Part shown: positions 20,384-29,117 of the stretch, in pieces | Numbering within the stretch: position 1 is the stretch's first letter | Layout: each line of letters begins with the position of its first letter | NCBI GenBank assembly: GCA_963793595.1 | Contig: CAWCBX010000176.1 | Span: 42-64,041 of the forward strand | From: an uncultured Gammaproteobacteria bacterium | Lineage (GTDB): Bacteria; Pseudomonadota; Gammaproteobacteria; GCA-001735895 | Direction of reading: 5' to 3' | DNA: 64,000 nt | Program-made: the position numbers and the translations under genes | The notes under the pieces: model-generated | The model's input: the letters and a program-made list of their open reading frames with translations, nothing else | Databases searched by the model: none | Told to the model about the DNA's origin: nothing

Positions 20384-21589
20384 TTAGGCAGTTATACTTT
20401 CTTGTGCCGAAGGTTCGAAATATTCGCGTACCATTTCAGCGATGTTCTCGTGTCCTGCCAACAAGCCGGGAACATTTGCCAGGGAGGGTTTCGCCTGCTC
20501 TGGTAAAGCCCGTATTGCTGCGGCCATTTGCATAGGATCTCGTTCGCCGGCGGGATCGAGCATGCTCACCAGGTTCAGTTTTACCGCGCGCTCGGCGCGA
20601 ATCAATTGTTCCTGCCGGGGAACCGATCTGGGGATTATCAGGGCAGGTTTATCCAGGGTCAGAATTTCGCAAAAAGTGTTGTAACCACCCATCGCGACGA
20701 TAGCAATCGCTCTTTCCATGAGTAGTTCGATATGGCTGTCGAAGGTCAGAATTTCGACATTTGACAGCGCGTCGCAGCGTTCGTGAAATTCCTGCTGTTC
20801 GGCCGGGGGCATAAATGGTCCGGTTACAATAATCGCCCGGTATGGTTGTTGCTGATCAACCTCGTAGGCGCGGATCACCCAGTCGACCATTTCAACACCA
20901 TCGCCTCCACCGCCGGCGGTGACCAGGATAAATGGGTCGTCGTGACTGATCGGCGAGACCCAGTTGCGATCACTGGGGATTTCCCGCCCAAGGTAGCCGG
21001 TATACGAAATCTTGCTTGTGATCGAAGCGGGCAGATCCAGGCCTTCAACAGGGCTGCCCATCTCCTCCAAACCATAGACCCAGATATCGTGATACAGGTT
21101 CTCCAGCACTGGTGCCACCTGTTTACGTTCCCATTCGGCCTTTAATAGAATGGGATCGTCCATGACATCGCGTAATCCGAGCACGTTGATGGCGCCTTGC
21201 TGTTTGAGCATCTCGAGGGTAGTGGTTACTTCCCCCTGCAGGCCTGTGGGTTCTTTGTCGACGAGAAATATATCGGGCTTAAAAGTGGCTGCGGTGTGAT
21301 AGATGATGGATTCCCGCATCAGTAAGGTCTGTTCCAGATCGATATGAAGCCCTAATGATGTGTATTCGCCATCTCGCAGCTTGATAACCCCGGGGATGCG
21401 CACGAAATCAACCCGCGCTTTAAAGTCAAAACTGCCGATAATCGGAGAACCTGACAGAATGAGCACCGATAGCCCCTTGTATTGAGCTACCAGTGAGTGG
21501 GCGATCGAACGACAGCGTCGCAGGTGCCCAAGGCCAAAAGAGTCATGGCTATAGATAAGGATTCTGGATTGGTCCAGTCGCTCGGTCAT
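20384..21589 (-). CDS. MurG/PseG-like GT28-superfamily glycosyltransferase (paralogue)
   Basis: 401 aa; N-terminal IYSHDSFGLGHLRRCRSIA, and C-terminal VAMGGYNTFCEIL (GGxxT-like donor-binding segment). Confidence 0.6.
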   Translation of the reverse strand: MTERLDQSRILIYSHDSFGLGHLRRCRSIAHSLVAQYKGLSVLILSGSPIIGSFDFKARVDFVRIPGVIKLRDGEYTSLGLHIDLEQTLLMRESIIYHTAATFKPDIFLVDKEPTGLQGEVTTTLEMLKQQGAINVLGLRDVMDDPILLKAEWERKQVAPVLENLYHDIWVYGLEEMGSPVEGLDLPASITSKISYTGYLGREIPSDRNWVSPISHDDPFILVTAGGGGDGVEMVDWVIRAYEVDQQQPYRAIIVTGPFMPPAEQQEFHERCDALSNVEILTFDSHIELLMERAIAIVAMGGYNTFCEILTLDKPALIIPRSVPRQEQLIRAERAVKLNLVSMLDPAGERDPMQMAAAIRALPEQAKPSLANVPGLLAGHENIAEMVREYFEPSAQESITA

Positions 21590-21685
21590 TTCACCTGTAC
21601 CTGACTGAGTATTCGACGCAGACTACACTTAAATAGCGGCAAACGCACTGCCGTTTAGCTGATTTGTATGTAAGCATCTGAATTA

Positions 21686-23095
21686 TTGACAAGTAGTCCT
21701 GTCTTAGTCTCAGGTTGCAGAATACGCATGTTGGAGCAGGTATTGAACAAAAATCTGGTAAAAACTGGTTCCAAATCTCATTGGTCGTTGCTGGGTCGCG
21801 ATTTTCAGTACGAGGTTTTGCCGGAGCGGCTGCGTAAATCGATACAGGATCAGCAGGAACGCAGCGAAATTCTGATTAGCGTGATCCAGCTGGTTATCGT
21901 TTGCATATTCGGCTTCCTTTACGCGATAGCGCCAAAAACCTTTTCACAGGATGCTGATTTTGCACCGGTACCCTGGGTGCTGACTATCTATCTTGCGTTC
22001 AGCCTGCTGCGCCTTTACCTCGCTGTTAAGCGCAAGCTCCCGGACTGGATGTTGTATCTCTCCTCGGTCGTGGATATAGCGCTGTTGCTCGGCCTGATCT
22101 GGAGTTTTCACCTGCAGTACGAGCAGCCGCCATCTTTTTACCTGAAGGCACCGACTTTACTGTACCTGTTTATTTTTATTGCCATACGGGCGTTACACTT
22201 CGATCCTCGATTTGTCATTTCGACGGGTGTCAGTGCTGCCATCGGCTGGGTGATGATGGTTATCTATGTGCTGGTTATCGACCCCACCAATAACATGATT
22301 ACCCGCGATTACATCGAATACATGACTTCCAACAGCGTTTTGATCGGAGCCGAGTTTGACAAGATAGTATCGATATTAATGGTGACCGGCGTGCTGGCGC
22401 TTGCCTTGCACCGTGCCAGAAACCTGCTGGTCGAGTCGGTTATTGAAGGTAGCGCAGCGCGCGATTTGTCGCGTTTCGTGCCTGAAGAGATCGCGCAAAA
22501 GGTAACCCAGTCGGAAGAGGGCGCGATTACAGGTAAAGGTGAAGTCAGCGAGTGCACCATATTGTTTACCGATATCGAGGGCTTTACGGCTATCAGTGAG
22601 ACCCTGACGCCGGAAAAATTGATTGAGGCGTTGAATCGCTATTTCAGCCTGATAGCAGGACCGATTACCGAACATGGCGGTGTTATCAGTCAGTTTCAGG
22701 GAGATGCCGTGCTGGCAACCTTTAATGTCCCCAAACCCGATAGCGACCATGCCAGTAACGCGGTTAGAGCCGCGCTGGATATCCAGTCGGTGCTGGAGGG
22801 TGTTGAGTTTGGTGATGGCATTCATTTCAATACCCGGGTAGGCATCAATACCGGAGCGGTGGTTGGTGGGCTGGTTGGGTCTGGAGACCGGGTCGGTTAT
22901 ACCGTGCATGGTGACAATGTCAATTTGACGGCGCGCCTCGAGCAGCTCAACAAGGACTATGGCACCCGCATCATCGTTGCCGATAGTACGCTGGCAGAGA
23001 TCCCCGATGGCAGATTTGCATTCAGCGAACTGGGCGAGGTTTCGGTACGTGGGTTGAACCGGCCGGTCAGAATTTACACGGTGAAGGACCTTTAG
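21686..23095 (+). CDS. Membrane-anchored class III adenylate/guanylate cyclase
   Basis: N-terminal ~6 TM helices, then CHD catalytic domain: ILFTDIEGFTAISE, ...GDAVLATFNVP..., RVGINTGAVVGG. The start codon is uncertain (internal Met at ~21728 possible). Confidence 0.8.
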   Translation: MTSSPVLVSGCRIRMLEQVLNKNLVKTGSKSHWSLLGRDFQYEVLPERLRKSIQDQQERSEILISVIQLVIVCIFGFLYAIAPKTFSQDADFAPVPWVLTIYLAFSLLRLYLAVKRKLPDWMLYLSSVVDIALLLGLIWSFHLQYEQPPSFYLKAPTLLYLFIFIAIRALHFDPRFVISTGVSAAIGWVMMVIYVLVIDPTNNMITRDYIEYMTSNSVLIGAEFDKIVSILMVTGVLALALHRARNLLVESVIEGSAARDLSRFVPEEIAQKVTQSEEGAITGKGEVSECTILFTDIEGFTAISETLTPEKLIEALNRYFSLIAGPITEHGGVISQFQGDAVLATFNVPKPDSDHASNAVRAALDIQSVLEGVEFGDGIHFNTRVGINTGAVVGGLVGSGDRVGYTVHGDNVNLTARLEQLNKDYGTRIIVADSTLAEIPDGRFAFSELGEVSVRGLNRPVRIYTVKDL

Positions 23096-23778
23096 TTTAC
23101 TCGCTGCCGGATTCGGCCTATGGGAGTTTGCGCAGCTGATCGAAATATTTTGCCAGGTTGTCGCGAGCTTGCTGTTCGTAGCGTTGACGAAAGAAATCGG
23201 TTTGATAAAAGTGCGGCCTGGCAGCCAGGCAGGAGCGGAATTCTCCCTGTTTGTCGATTATAGTCAGCATCACTAAGCTGGGCGCTTTCCTCGCGCAGGT
23301 GAAGGCTGTCACGCAAAAAATCTTCCCAGGGAAGTCCGAAACTGGACAGGTCGATGTCGACCATGTAACCGGCGTCGCTATCATCTAGTGAGCACTGGTT
23401 GTGCAAGGTTGCCATAATCAGCTTGCCTACCAACGCGCGGAATTCGTCAGCATGGACCCCTGCGGAAAGCTCTGCGTAGAGTTCGGCACTGAGGGCTTCA
23501 TTGTCACTTTTTCCGGGTTCGAAGATGACATCGTGAAACCAGACCGCGATTTCCAGCGCGTCGGGATTGGTGGCGAGTGATTTACATTGATCGAACATCG
23601 ACAGGCAATGATCGATGTGGGCGAGAGTATGATAGCGACGTTGTGGCTCATTGTAGCCGTCAACCAGGCGTTGATGAATCGCGACACTAGCGTCGGCCGC
23701 ACCCTCGATCAGGCAGCGTTGCCATAATGACTGAAAACGGTTGAGCCCGCTGATCGCTTCCACCGCAGGCGACGTCAT
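23092..23778 (-). CDS. HD-domain (metal-dependent phosphohydrolase-like) protein
   Basis: 228 aa; RYHTLAHIDHC ... AVWFHDVIFEP matches the H...HD metal-binding pattern. Family assignment is tentative. Confidence 0.45.
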   Translation of the reverse strand: MTSPAVEAISGLNRFQSLWQRCLIEGAADASVAIHQRLVDGYNEPQRRYHTLAHIDHCLSMFDQCKSLATNPDALEIAVWFHDVIFEPGKSDNEALSAELYAELSAGVHADEFRALVGKLIMATLHNQCSLDDSDAGYMVDIDLSSFGLPWEDFLRDSLHLREESAQLSDADYNRQTGRIPLLPGCQAALLSNRFLSSTLRTASSRQPGKIFRSAAQTPIGRIRQRVN

Positions 23779-24245
23779 TAAGCCCCGTCCTGTTGATACA
23801 CCTGTTTCTGTAGGGTTTCTACCTGGGTATGCGAGCGAGTCAGTTTGTCACTGAGCATGCGTATTACATCAAGCGCAACTTCCGAATTTTCCCGCAGTAT
23901 GCGGAAAAACATTTCTGCGGTAATCTTCATTGCCTGAAGATCGCCATTAGCGATCAGGGTTGCGATCCTGGGGGTATTGTTTAGCAGGCCAAGTTCACCG
24001 ATGAGCTGATTTTGGCGCAGCGTATCGGTGACCACCGGGCCACTGTCGGTTTCAGTAATGATATCGACGGCGCCATCCATGATGACATAGGCGTAGTCGG
24101 CAGAGTCACCACTATTGAACACGATATCGCCATGCTGGAAAGAAACGATTTCGCTGGCGAAGGCCAGCAATTTCAGTCTCGAGGTTTCCATCTTGGCAAA
24201 CATCGGTATTTTACGGAGTAAATCTGTTTCTTCTGCAAGGTCCAA
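23778..24245 (-). CDS. Stand-alone cyclic-nucleotide-binding (CAP-effector) domain protein
   Basis: 155 aa; GDIVFNSGDSADYAYVIMDGAVDI...IGELGLLNNTPRIATLIA is a canonical cNMP-binding β-roll with phosphate-binding cassette. The stop overlaps the HD gene start. Confidence 0.75.
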   Translation of the reverse strand: MDLAEETDLLRKIPMFAKMETSRLKLLAFASEIVSFQHGDIVFNSGDSADYAYVIMDGAVDIITETDSGPVVTDTLRQNQLIGELGLLNNTPRIATLIANGDLQAMKITAEMFFRILRENSEVALDVIRMLSDKLTRSHTQVETLQKQVYQQDGA

Positions 24246-24615
24246 AGGACGTGCTCCAAACGCTCATCACGCGTCTACGGCGGTTAATTGCTAAAGATTG
24301 GCACGAGGCTGGCTACATTTCAAGCGCTTCAGCAAGGTATGGCCTGTCAGATTCTATCTTTTGCGGGCAATTTCACATCGGTGGATAGCTTATTTCTGGC
24401 GCAGACCCGGTAACCGGAGACCTGTAATTTACCAGGCGGATGGCTTTATTAAGCCTGTTTCCATCAATTTTGGTCTATTTTGAGGGCTGTTGTTTATGTA
24501 ATCACGAGCGTATTGATGAACTTGCGCGCAGATTATTCACATTAAATGGTTTTAGCTTTTATCAAATGAAATTTAGCGCTAATCTTGGCGCCAGCCAAAC
24601 AACAGGAATTTAACT

Positions 24616-26091
24616 ATGAAGCATTACCAGATGTACATCGATGGTGAATGGTGTGATGCCGCGGACGGTGCTCAGCTCGAGTCGATCAATCCCGCTAGCG
24701 GTGAAATCTGGGCGACCGCGGCGGTTGCCGGTGAAGTCGAAGTCAACCGGGCAGTTGCTGCTGCCAGCCGTGCCCTGAAATCGGGCCCCTGGGCTGAAAT
24801 GAATGCGACTCAGCGCGGCAAGTTATTGCACCGTCTCGGCGATTTGATCGCCGAGAATTCTCAAATGCTGGGTGAGATCGAGACTATCGATAGCGGCAAA
24901 CTGGCGAAAGAAACGCGCGCGCAAACCGGATACGTTGCAGACTACTATTACTACTTTGCCGGCCTGGCTGACAAGATCCAGGGTGCAACCCTGCCGATCG
25001 ACAAGCCCGACATGCATGTCTTCACCAAGCGCGAACCGATCGGCGTGGTCGCCGCGGTAGTTCCGTGGAACGCGCAAATGTTTCTCACCGCAACCAAGCT
25101 GGGACCGGCTTTGGCGGCAGGCAACACCGTTGTGTTGAAAGCTTCGGAGATGGCGCCGGCGCCAATGTTTGAATTTGCGCGCATTGTCGATGAAGCCGGC
25201 TTCCCGCCTGGGGTGGTTAACGTTATCACCGGTTATGGCGAACCCTGTGGGAGATTGTTGACCAGCCATCGGGACGTGGCCAGGGTCGCGTTTACCGGCG
25301 GACCGGAAACCGCACGGCATATCGTACGTAATACAGCCGAAAACTTTGCCGTGGTATCACTGGAACTGGGTGGCAAGTCGCCGATTCTGGTTTTCGAAGA
25401 TGCCGATCTGGAAGGTGCCGTGAATGGCATTATAGCGGGCAATTTTGGCGCTACCGGACAAAGCTGTGTGGCCGGATCGAGGGTATTCATCCAGTCGAGT
25501 ATTCGCGAGCAGCTACTCGAAAAACTGGTCGAACGCGCGAGCCAGATCTGTATCGGTGACCCGCTCGCCGACGATACCCAGGTTGGACCGCTGTGTACCA
25601 GGCAACAGCTCGATCATGTCAGTGAGTCGGTCGATGAAGCGGTCAGCGAGGGCGCCAAATTGCTGTTAGGTGGCAAACGCCCTGAAGGTTTTGATACCGG
25701 CTGGTACTACAGCCCTACGATTCTCGATTGCCCGCATCAGGATATCCGCACGGTACGTGAAGAAATGTTCGGCCCGATCCTGTCGGCGCTGAGCTTCGAC
25801 ACCGAGGCGGAGGCGATCGAGATGGCCAACAATTCCGATTTCGGGCTCGGTTCCGGTGTGTTTACGTCCAATGTTGCGCGTGCCTTGCGCGTCTCCGATG
25901 CAATTCATTCGGGTATCGTCTGGGTCAATACTTACCGCGTGATTTCACCGATTGCTCCTTTCGGTGGTTTCAAAAACAGCGGTCCAGGCCGGGAAAGCGG
26001 TATTGATACTATTTACGATTACACGCGTACCAAAACGGTGTGGATCAATACCTCGACTGAACCAATGGCAAACCCGTTCATCATGCGTTGA
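24616..26091 (+). CDS. NAD(P)-dependent aldehyde dehydrogenase
   Basis: 491 aa; ALDH family: catalytic Cys region GQSCVAGSR, LELGGKSP, FTGG..T, EEMFGPIL. Confidence 0.85.
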   Translation: MKHYQMYIDGEWCDAADGAQLESINPASGEIWATAAVAGEVEVNRAVAAASRALKSGPWAEMNATQRGKLLHRLGDLIAENSQMLGEIETIDSGKLAKETRAQTGYVADYYYYFAGLADKIQGATLPIDKPDMHVFTKREPIGVVAAVVPWNAQMFLTATKLGPALAAGNTVVLKASEMAPAPMFEFARIVDEAGFPPGVVNVITGYGEPCGRLLTSHRDVARVAFTGGPETARHIVRNTAENFAVVSLELGGKSPILVFEDADLEGAVNGIIAGNFGATGQSCVAGSRVFIQSSIREQLLEKLVERASQICIGDPLADDTQVGPLCTRQQLDHVSESVDEAVSEGAKLLLGGKRPEGFDTGWYYSPTILDCPHQDIRTVREEMFGPILSALSFDTEAEAIEMANNSDFGLGSGVFTSNVARALRVSDAIHSGIVWVNTYRVISPIAPFGGFKNSGPGRESGIDTIYDYTRTKTVWINTSTEPMANPFIMR

Positions 26092-26144
26092 TAACGTGGC
26101 TGACGTCATCCCCGGTTGCGCGAACATCGTCCCGCGCCTCCCCA

Positions 26145-26380
26145 CCGTCATCCCGATACGTCGGACCGCTGCGAAAGCGTATTACTGTCCGGAACAAACA
26201 ACTGGTCGTAGATTCACTGGTTTCCCCGTGGGCTGTTATCCAAATTTAAATCTATATGATGCGAAACAGAGGCATGGCGTTGATTCTTATGGCGTGCCTC
26301 CGAGCACGGACATTTCATTTCGGACAGTGGTGTGCGAAAGCGGCCCCCCAGCGTACGCTGGGTTGACGTATCGGGGTGAC
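26145..26380. repeat. Intergenic structured repeat element, copy C (nested inverted repeats; shares the 'gatacgtcggaccgc' and 'ctgtccggaacaaacaactggtcgtagattcactgg' modules with the 54995-55307 element)
   Basis: IR pairs ccgtcatcccgatacgtc / gacgtatcggggtgac and ctgtccggaacaaa / tttcatttcggacag. Module similarity to 55001-55040 and 55118-55150. Confidence 0.45.
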
Positions 26381-27219
26381 TACTGCAGGCTTTCCCAGTA
26401 GGCGGCGAACTGTACCGCGATGCGACCACTGCGCGACCCGCGCTGGGTGGCAAAGCGCAGGGCTTCGGTACGCGCCGCGTCGGTCATTGCCAGATTTCGC
26501 GCCACCAGGGTTTGCTCGACCACCGCCAGGTACTGGTCCTGGGTGAAGGGGTGAAACGACAGCCACAGCCCGAATCGATCGGACAGCGAGATTTTCTCCT
26601 CGATGCTGTCGCTGGGGTGTAGCTGGCCGTCGACCATGGTGCTGTCGAGGTTATCCTGCATCGATTCGGGCATCAGGTGACGTCGATTCGAAGTCGCATA
26701 GATGATTACGTTATCGGGTTGCGGTTGCAACGAACCCTCGAGACAGGCCTTCAGCGCCTTGTAGGAGTCGTCGTTGGCTTCAAAGGACAAGTCATCCAGG
26801 TAAACGATAAATTTACGACCGTCGCTGGCCAGGGTGCGGATGATTTCGAATAGTTCACCGGTGGCCAGTTTGGGAATTTCGACGATACACAGCCCCTGGT
26901 CCTGGAATTCGCTCAACTGCGCCTTGATCAGCGAAGACTTGCCGGTACCACGTGCACCCCACAACAGTGCGTTGTTGGCAATCTTGCCGTTTAGAAACTG
27001 GCTAGTATTGCGAAACAACAGGTTTTGTTGCCGTTCAAGGTGTAATAATTCAGCCTTGTCGACTCGATCAAACTGTGAAATTCCTTCCAGGCCATGGGCG
27101 GTCCAGCGATAGGCGGAATAGCCGGGTTCGGTTCTGATTTCGCTTTGTCCGGGAAGTATTTTCTCAACCCGGTCGAGCAGAAGATCGAGGCGTTTAAATA
27201 GTTTTTCGGTATCGGACAT
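26380..27219 (-). CDS. DUF815-family P-loop ATPase
   Basis: 279 aa; Walker A LWGARGTGKSS, Walker B-like FIVYLDDLSF. Its start overlaps the ettA stop. Confidence 0.55.
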   Translation of the reverse strand: MSDTEKLFKRLDLLLDRVEKILPGQSEIRTEPGYSAYRWTAHGLEGISQFDRVDKAELLHLERQQNLLFRNTSQFLNGKIANNALLWGARGTGKSSLIKAQLSEFQDQGLCIVEIPKLATGELFEIIRTLASDGRKFIVYLDDLSFEANDDSYKALKACLEGSLQPQPDNVIIYATSNRRHLMPESMQDNLDSTMVDGQLHPSDSIEEKISLSDRFGLWLSFHPFTQDQYLAVVEQTLVARNLAMTDAARTEALRFATQRGSRSGRIAVQFAAYWESLQ

Positions 27220-28892
27220 CAGACTTCAAGCTTTTTGTATTTGATTCGGTGCGGCTGATCGGCATCATGTCCCATGCGTTGTTTGCGATGCATTTCGTAC
27301 TCGGAGTAATTACCTTCGTAAGTGTAGACTTCGCTGTTGCCTTCAAAGGCGATGATATGGGTCGCGATGCGGTCGAGAAACCAGCGATCGTGCGAAATGA
27401 CTACCACGCTACCCGGGAAATCGAGAATTGCCTCTTCCAGTGCGCGCAGGGTTTCGACGTCGAGGTCGTTAGTCGGTTCGTCCAGTAATAACAGGTTACC
27501 GCCACTCTTGAGTAACTTGGCCAGGTGCAGGCGGTTGCGTTCACCACCTGATAAATCCTTGACAAATTTTTGCTGCGCCGCACCGCGGAAATTAAAACGC
27601 GATACGTAGGCGCGCGAGGGAACTTCGTAATTACCGACCACGATATTGTCGAGTCCATCGGACAATTCCTCCCAGACGGTCTTGCTTCCGTCGAGATCGT
27701 CGCGCGACTGATCGACGTAAGCGATCTTTACCGTGTCCCCGATTTTGATCGATCCCTCGTCCAGCGTTTCCTGGCCGACCATGATGCGAAACAACGTGGT
27801 TTTACCTGCGCCATTGGGTCCGATGATACCGACGATACCGCCGCGTGGAAGTTTGAATTCCAGATTCTGATATAGCAGTTTGTCGCCATAGGATTTTTTA
27901 CCCCCTTCGATTTCGACGACCACGTCACCGAGACGCGGCCCGGGCGGAATGTAAAGCTCCTGGGTCTCGGATCGCTTCTGGTATTCCTGCGAAGATAATT
28001 CTTCGAATCTTTTCAGGCGGGCCTTGCTTTTCGACTGGCGACCCTTGGGGTTGGCGTGCACCCATTCGAGTTCGGCCTGCATGGATTTCTGACGGGCCTT
28101 TTCAGAGCGTTCTTCATGCTGCAGCCGTTTTTGCTTTTGCTCGAGCCAGGAAGAATAGTTGCCTTCCCAGGGAATCCCGTGTCCGCGATCGAGCTCGAGA
28201 ATCCAGCCGGCAACATTGTCGAGAAAGTAGCGATCGTGGGTAACCGCGACCACGGTGCCGGGATAGTCCTGTAAAAATCGCTCCAGCCAGGCTACCGATT
28301 CGGCGTCCAGATGGTTGGTCGGTTCATCCAGAATCAGCATATCGGGATTTGACAGCAACAGACGGCAAAGCGCCACGCGCCGCTTTTCACCACCGGATAA
28401 TTGTTCGACTGGCGCGTCCCAGGGGGGCAGGCGCAGGGCGTCTGCGGCAACATCCAGCTTGCGCTCAAGGTCCCAGGCGCCGGCCGCGTCGATCTTTTCC
28501 TGCAGTTCGGCCTGCTGTGCGAGCAAGTCATTCATTTCATCGTCAGACATGGGTTCGGCAAACTTCATGTTGATCTCGTTGAACTGATCGAGTAACGATT
28601 TGCTCTCCGCGACCCCCAGTTCAACGTTGCCGCGCACGTCGAGACTGTCATCAAGCGCGGGTTCCTGGGCCAGGTAGCCAATCTTGATGCCCGTCTGCGG
28701 GCGCGCTTCCCCGGTGTGCTCGGTGTCGACACCCGCCATGATACGCAGCAGGGTTGACTTGCCTGCACCGTTATAGCCAAGTACCCCGATCTTCGCTCCC
28801 GGGAAAAAGTTGAGTGAAATATTCTTCAGAATTTCTACTTGCGGGGGCACCACTTTGCCCACTCCGCTCATGGTATAAATATATTGCGCCAT
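27219..28892 (-). CDS. ettA: ABC-F translational throttle protein EttA (YjjK)
   Basis: 557 aa; two NBDs with linker. N-terminus [17 protein letters not shown]...[19 protein letters not shown] is near-identical in pattern to EttA. Confidence 0.85.
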   Translation of the reverse strand: MAQYIYTMSGVGKVVPPQVEILKNISLNFFPGAKIGVLGYNGAGKSTLLRIMAGVDTEHTGEARPQTGIKIGYLAQEPALDDSLDVRGNVELGVAESKSLLDQFNEINMKFAEPMSDDEMNDLLAQQAELQEKIDAAGAWDLERKLDVAADALRLPPWDAPVEQLSGGEKRRVALCRLLLSNPDMLILDEPTNHLDAESVAWLERFLQDYPGTVVAVTHDRYFLDNVAGWILELDRGHGIPWEGNYSSWLEQKQKRLQHEERSEKARQKSMQAELEWVHANPKGRQSKSKARLKRFEELSSQEYQKRSETQELYIPPGPRLGDVVVEIEGGKKSYGDKLLYQNLEFKLPRGGIVGIIGPNGAGKTTLFRIMVGQETLDEGSIKIGDTVKIAYVDQSRDDLDGSKTVWEELSDGLDNIVVGNYEVPSRAYVSRFNFRGAAQQKFVKDLSGGERNRLHLAKLLKSGGNLLLLDEPTNDLDVETLRALEEAILDFPGSVVVISHDRWFLDRIATHIIAFEGNSEVYTYEGNYSEYEMHRKQRMGHDADQPHRIKYKKLEV

Positions 28893-29117
28893 GCGGTCAG
28901 TCCAGATTGAGTTGTGCGTATTCTAACAGCGCTTACGGAATTGAAAACAGCTTCATTTAACCTGGAATCAGGACAGCTATCGATATTGATAATTGTGCAG
29001 TTTCTTGGTTGCGTGAGTTGATAAAATTATTTGCTTAATAATATTCGAACTTCGGCTATCATGTAGCAAATAACAAGCGCTAAACCGATCGAAAAATCAG
29101 CCAGCAGGTAAGCAGCC

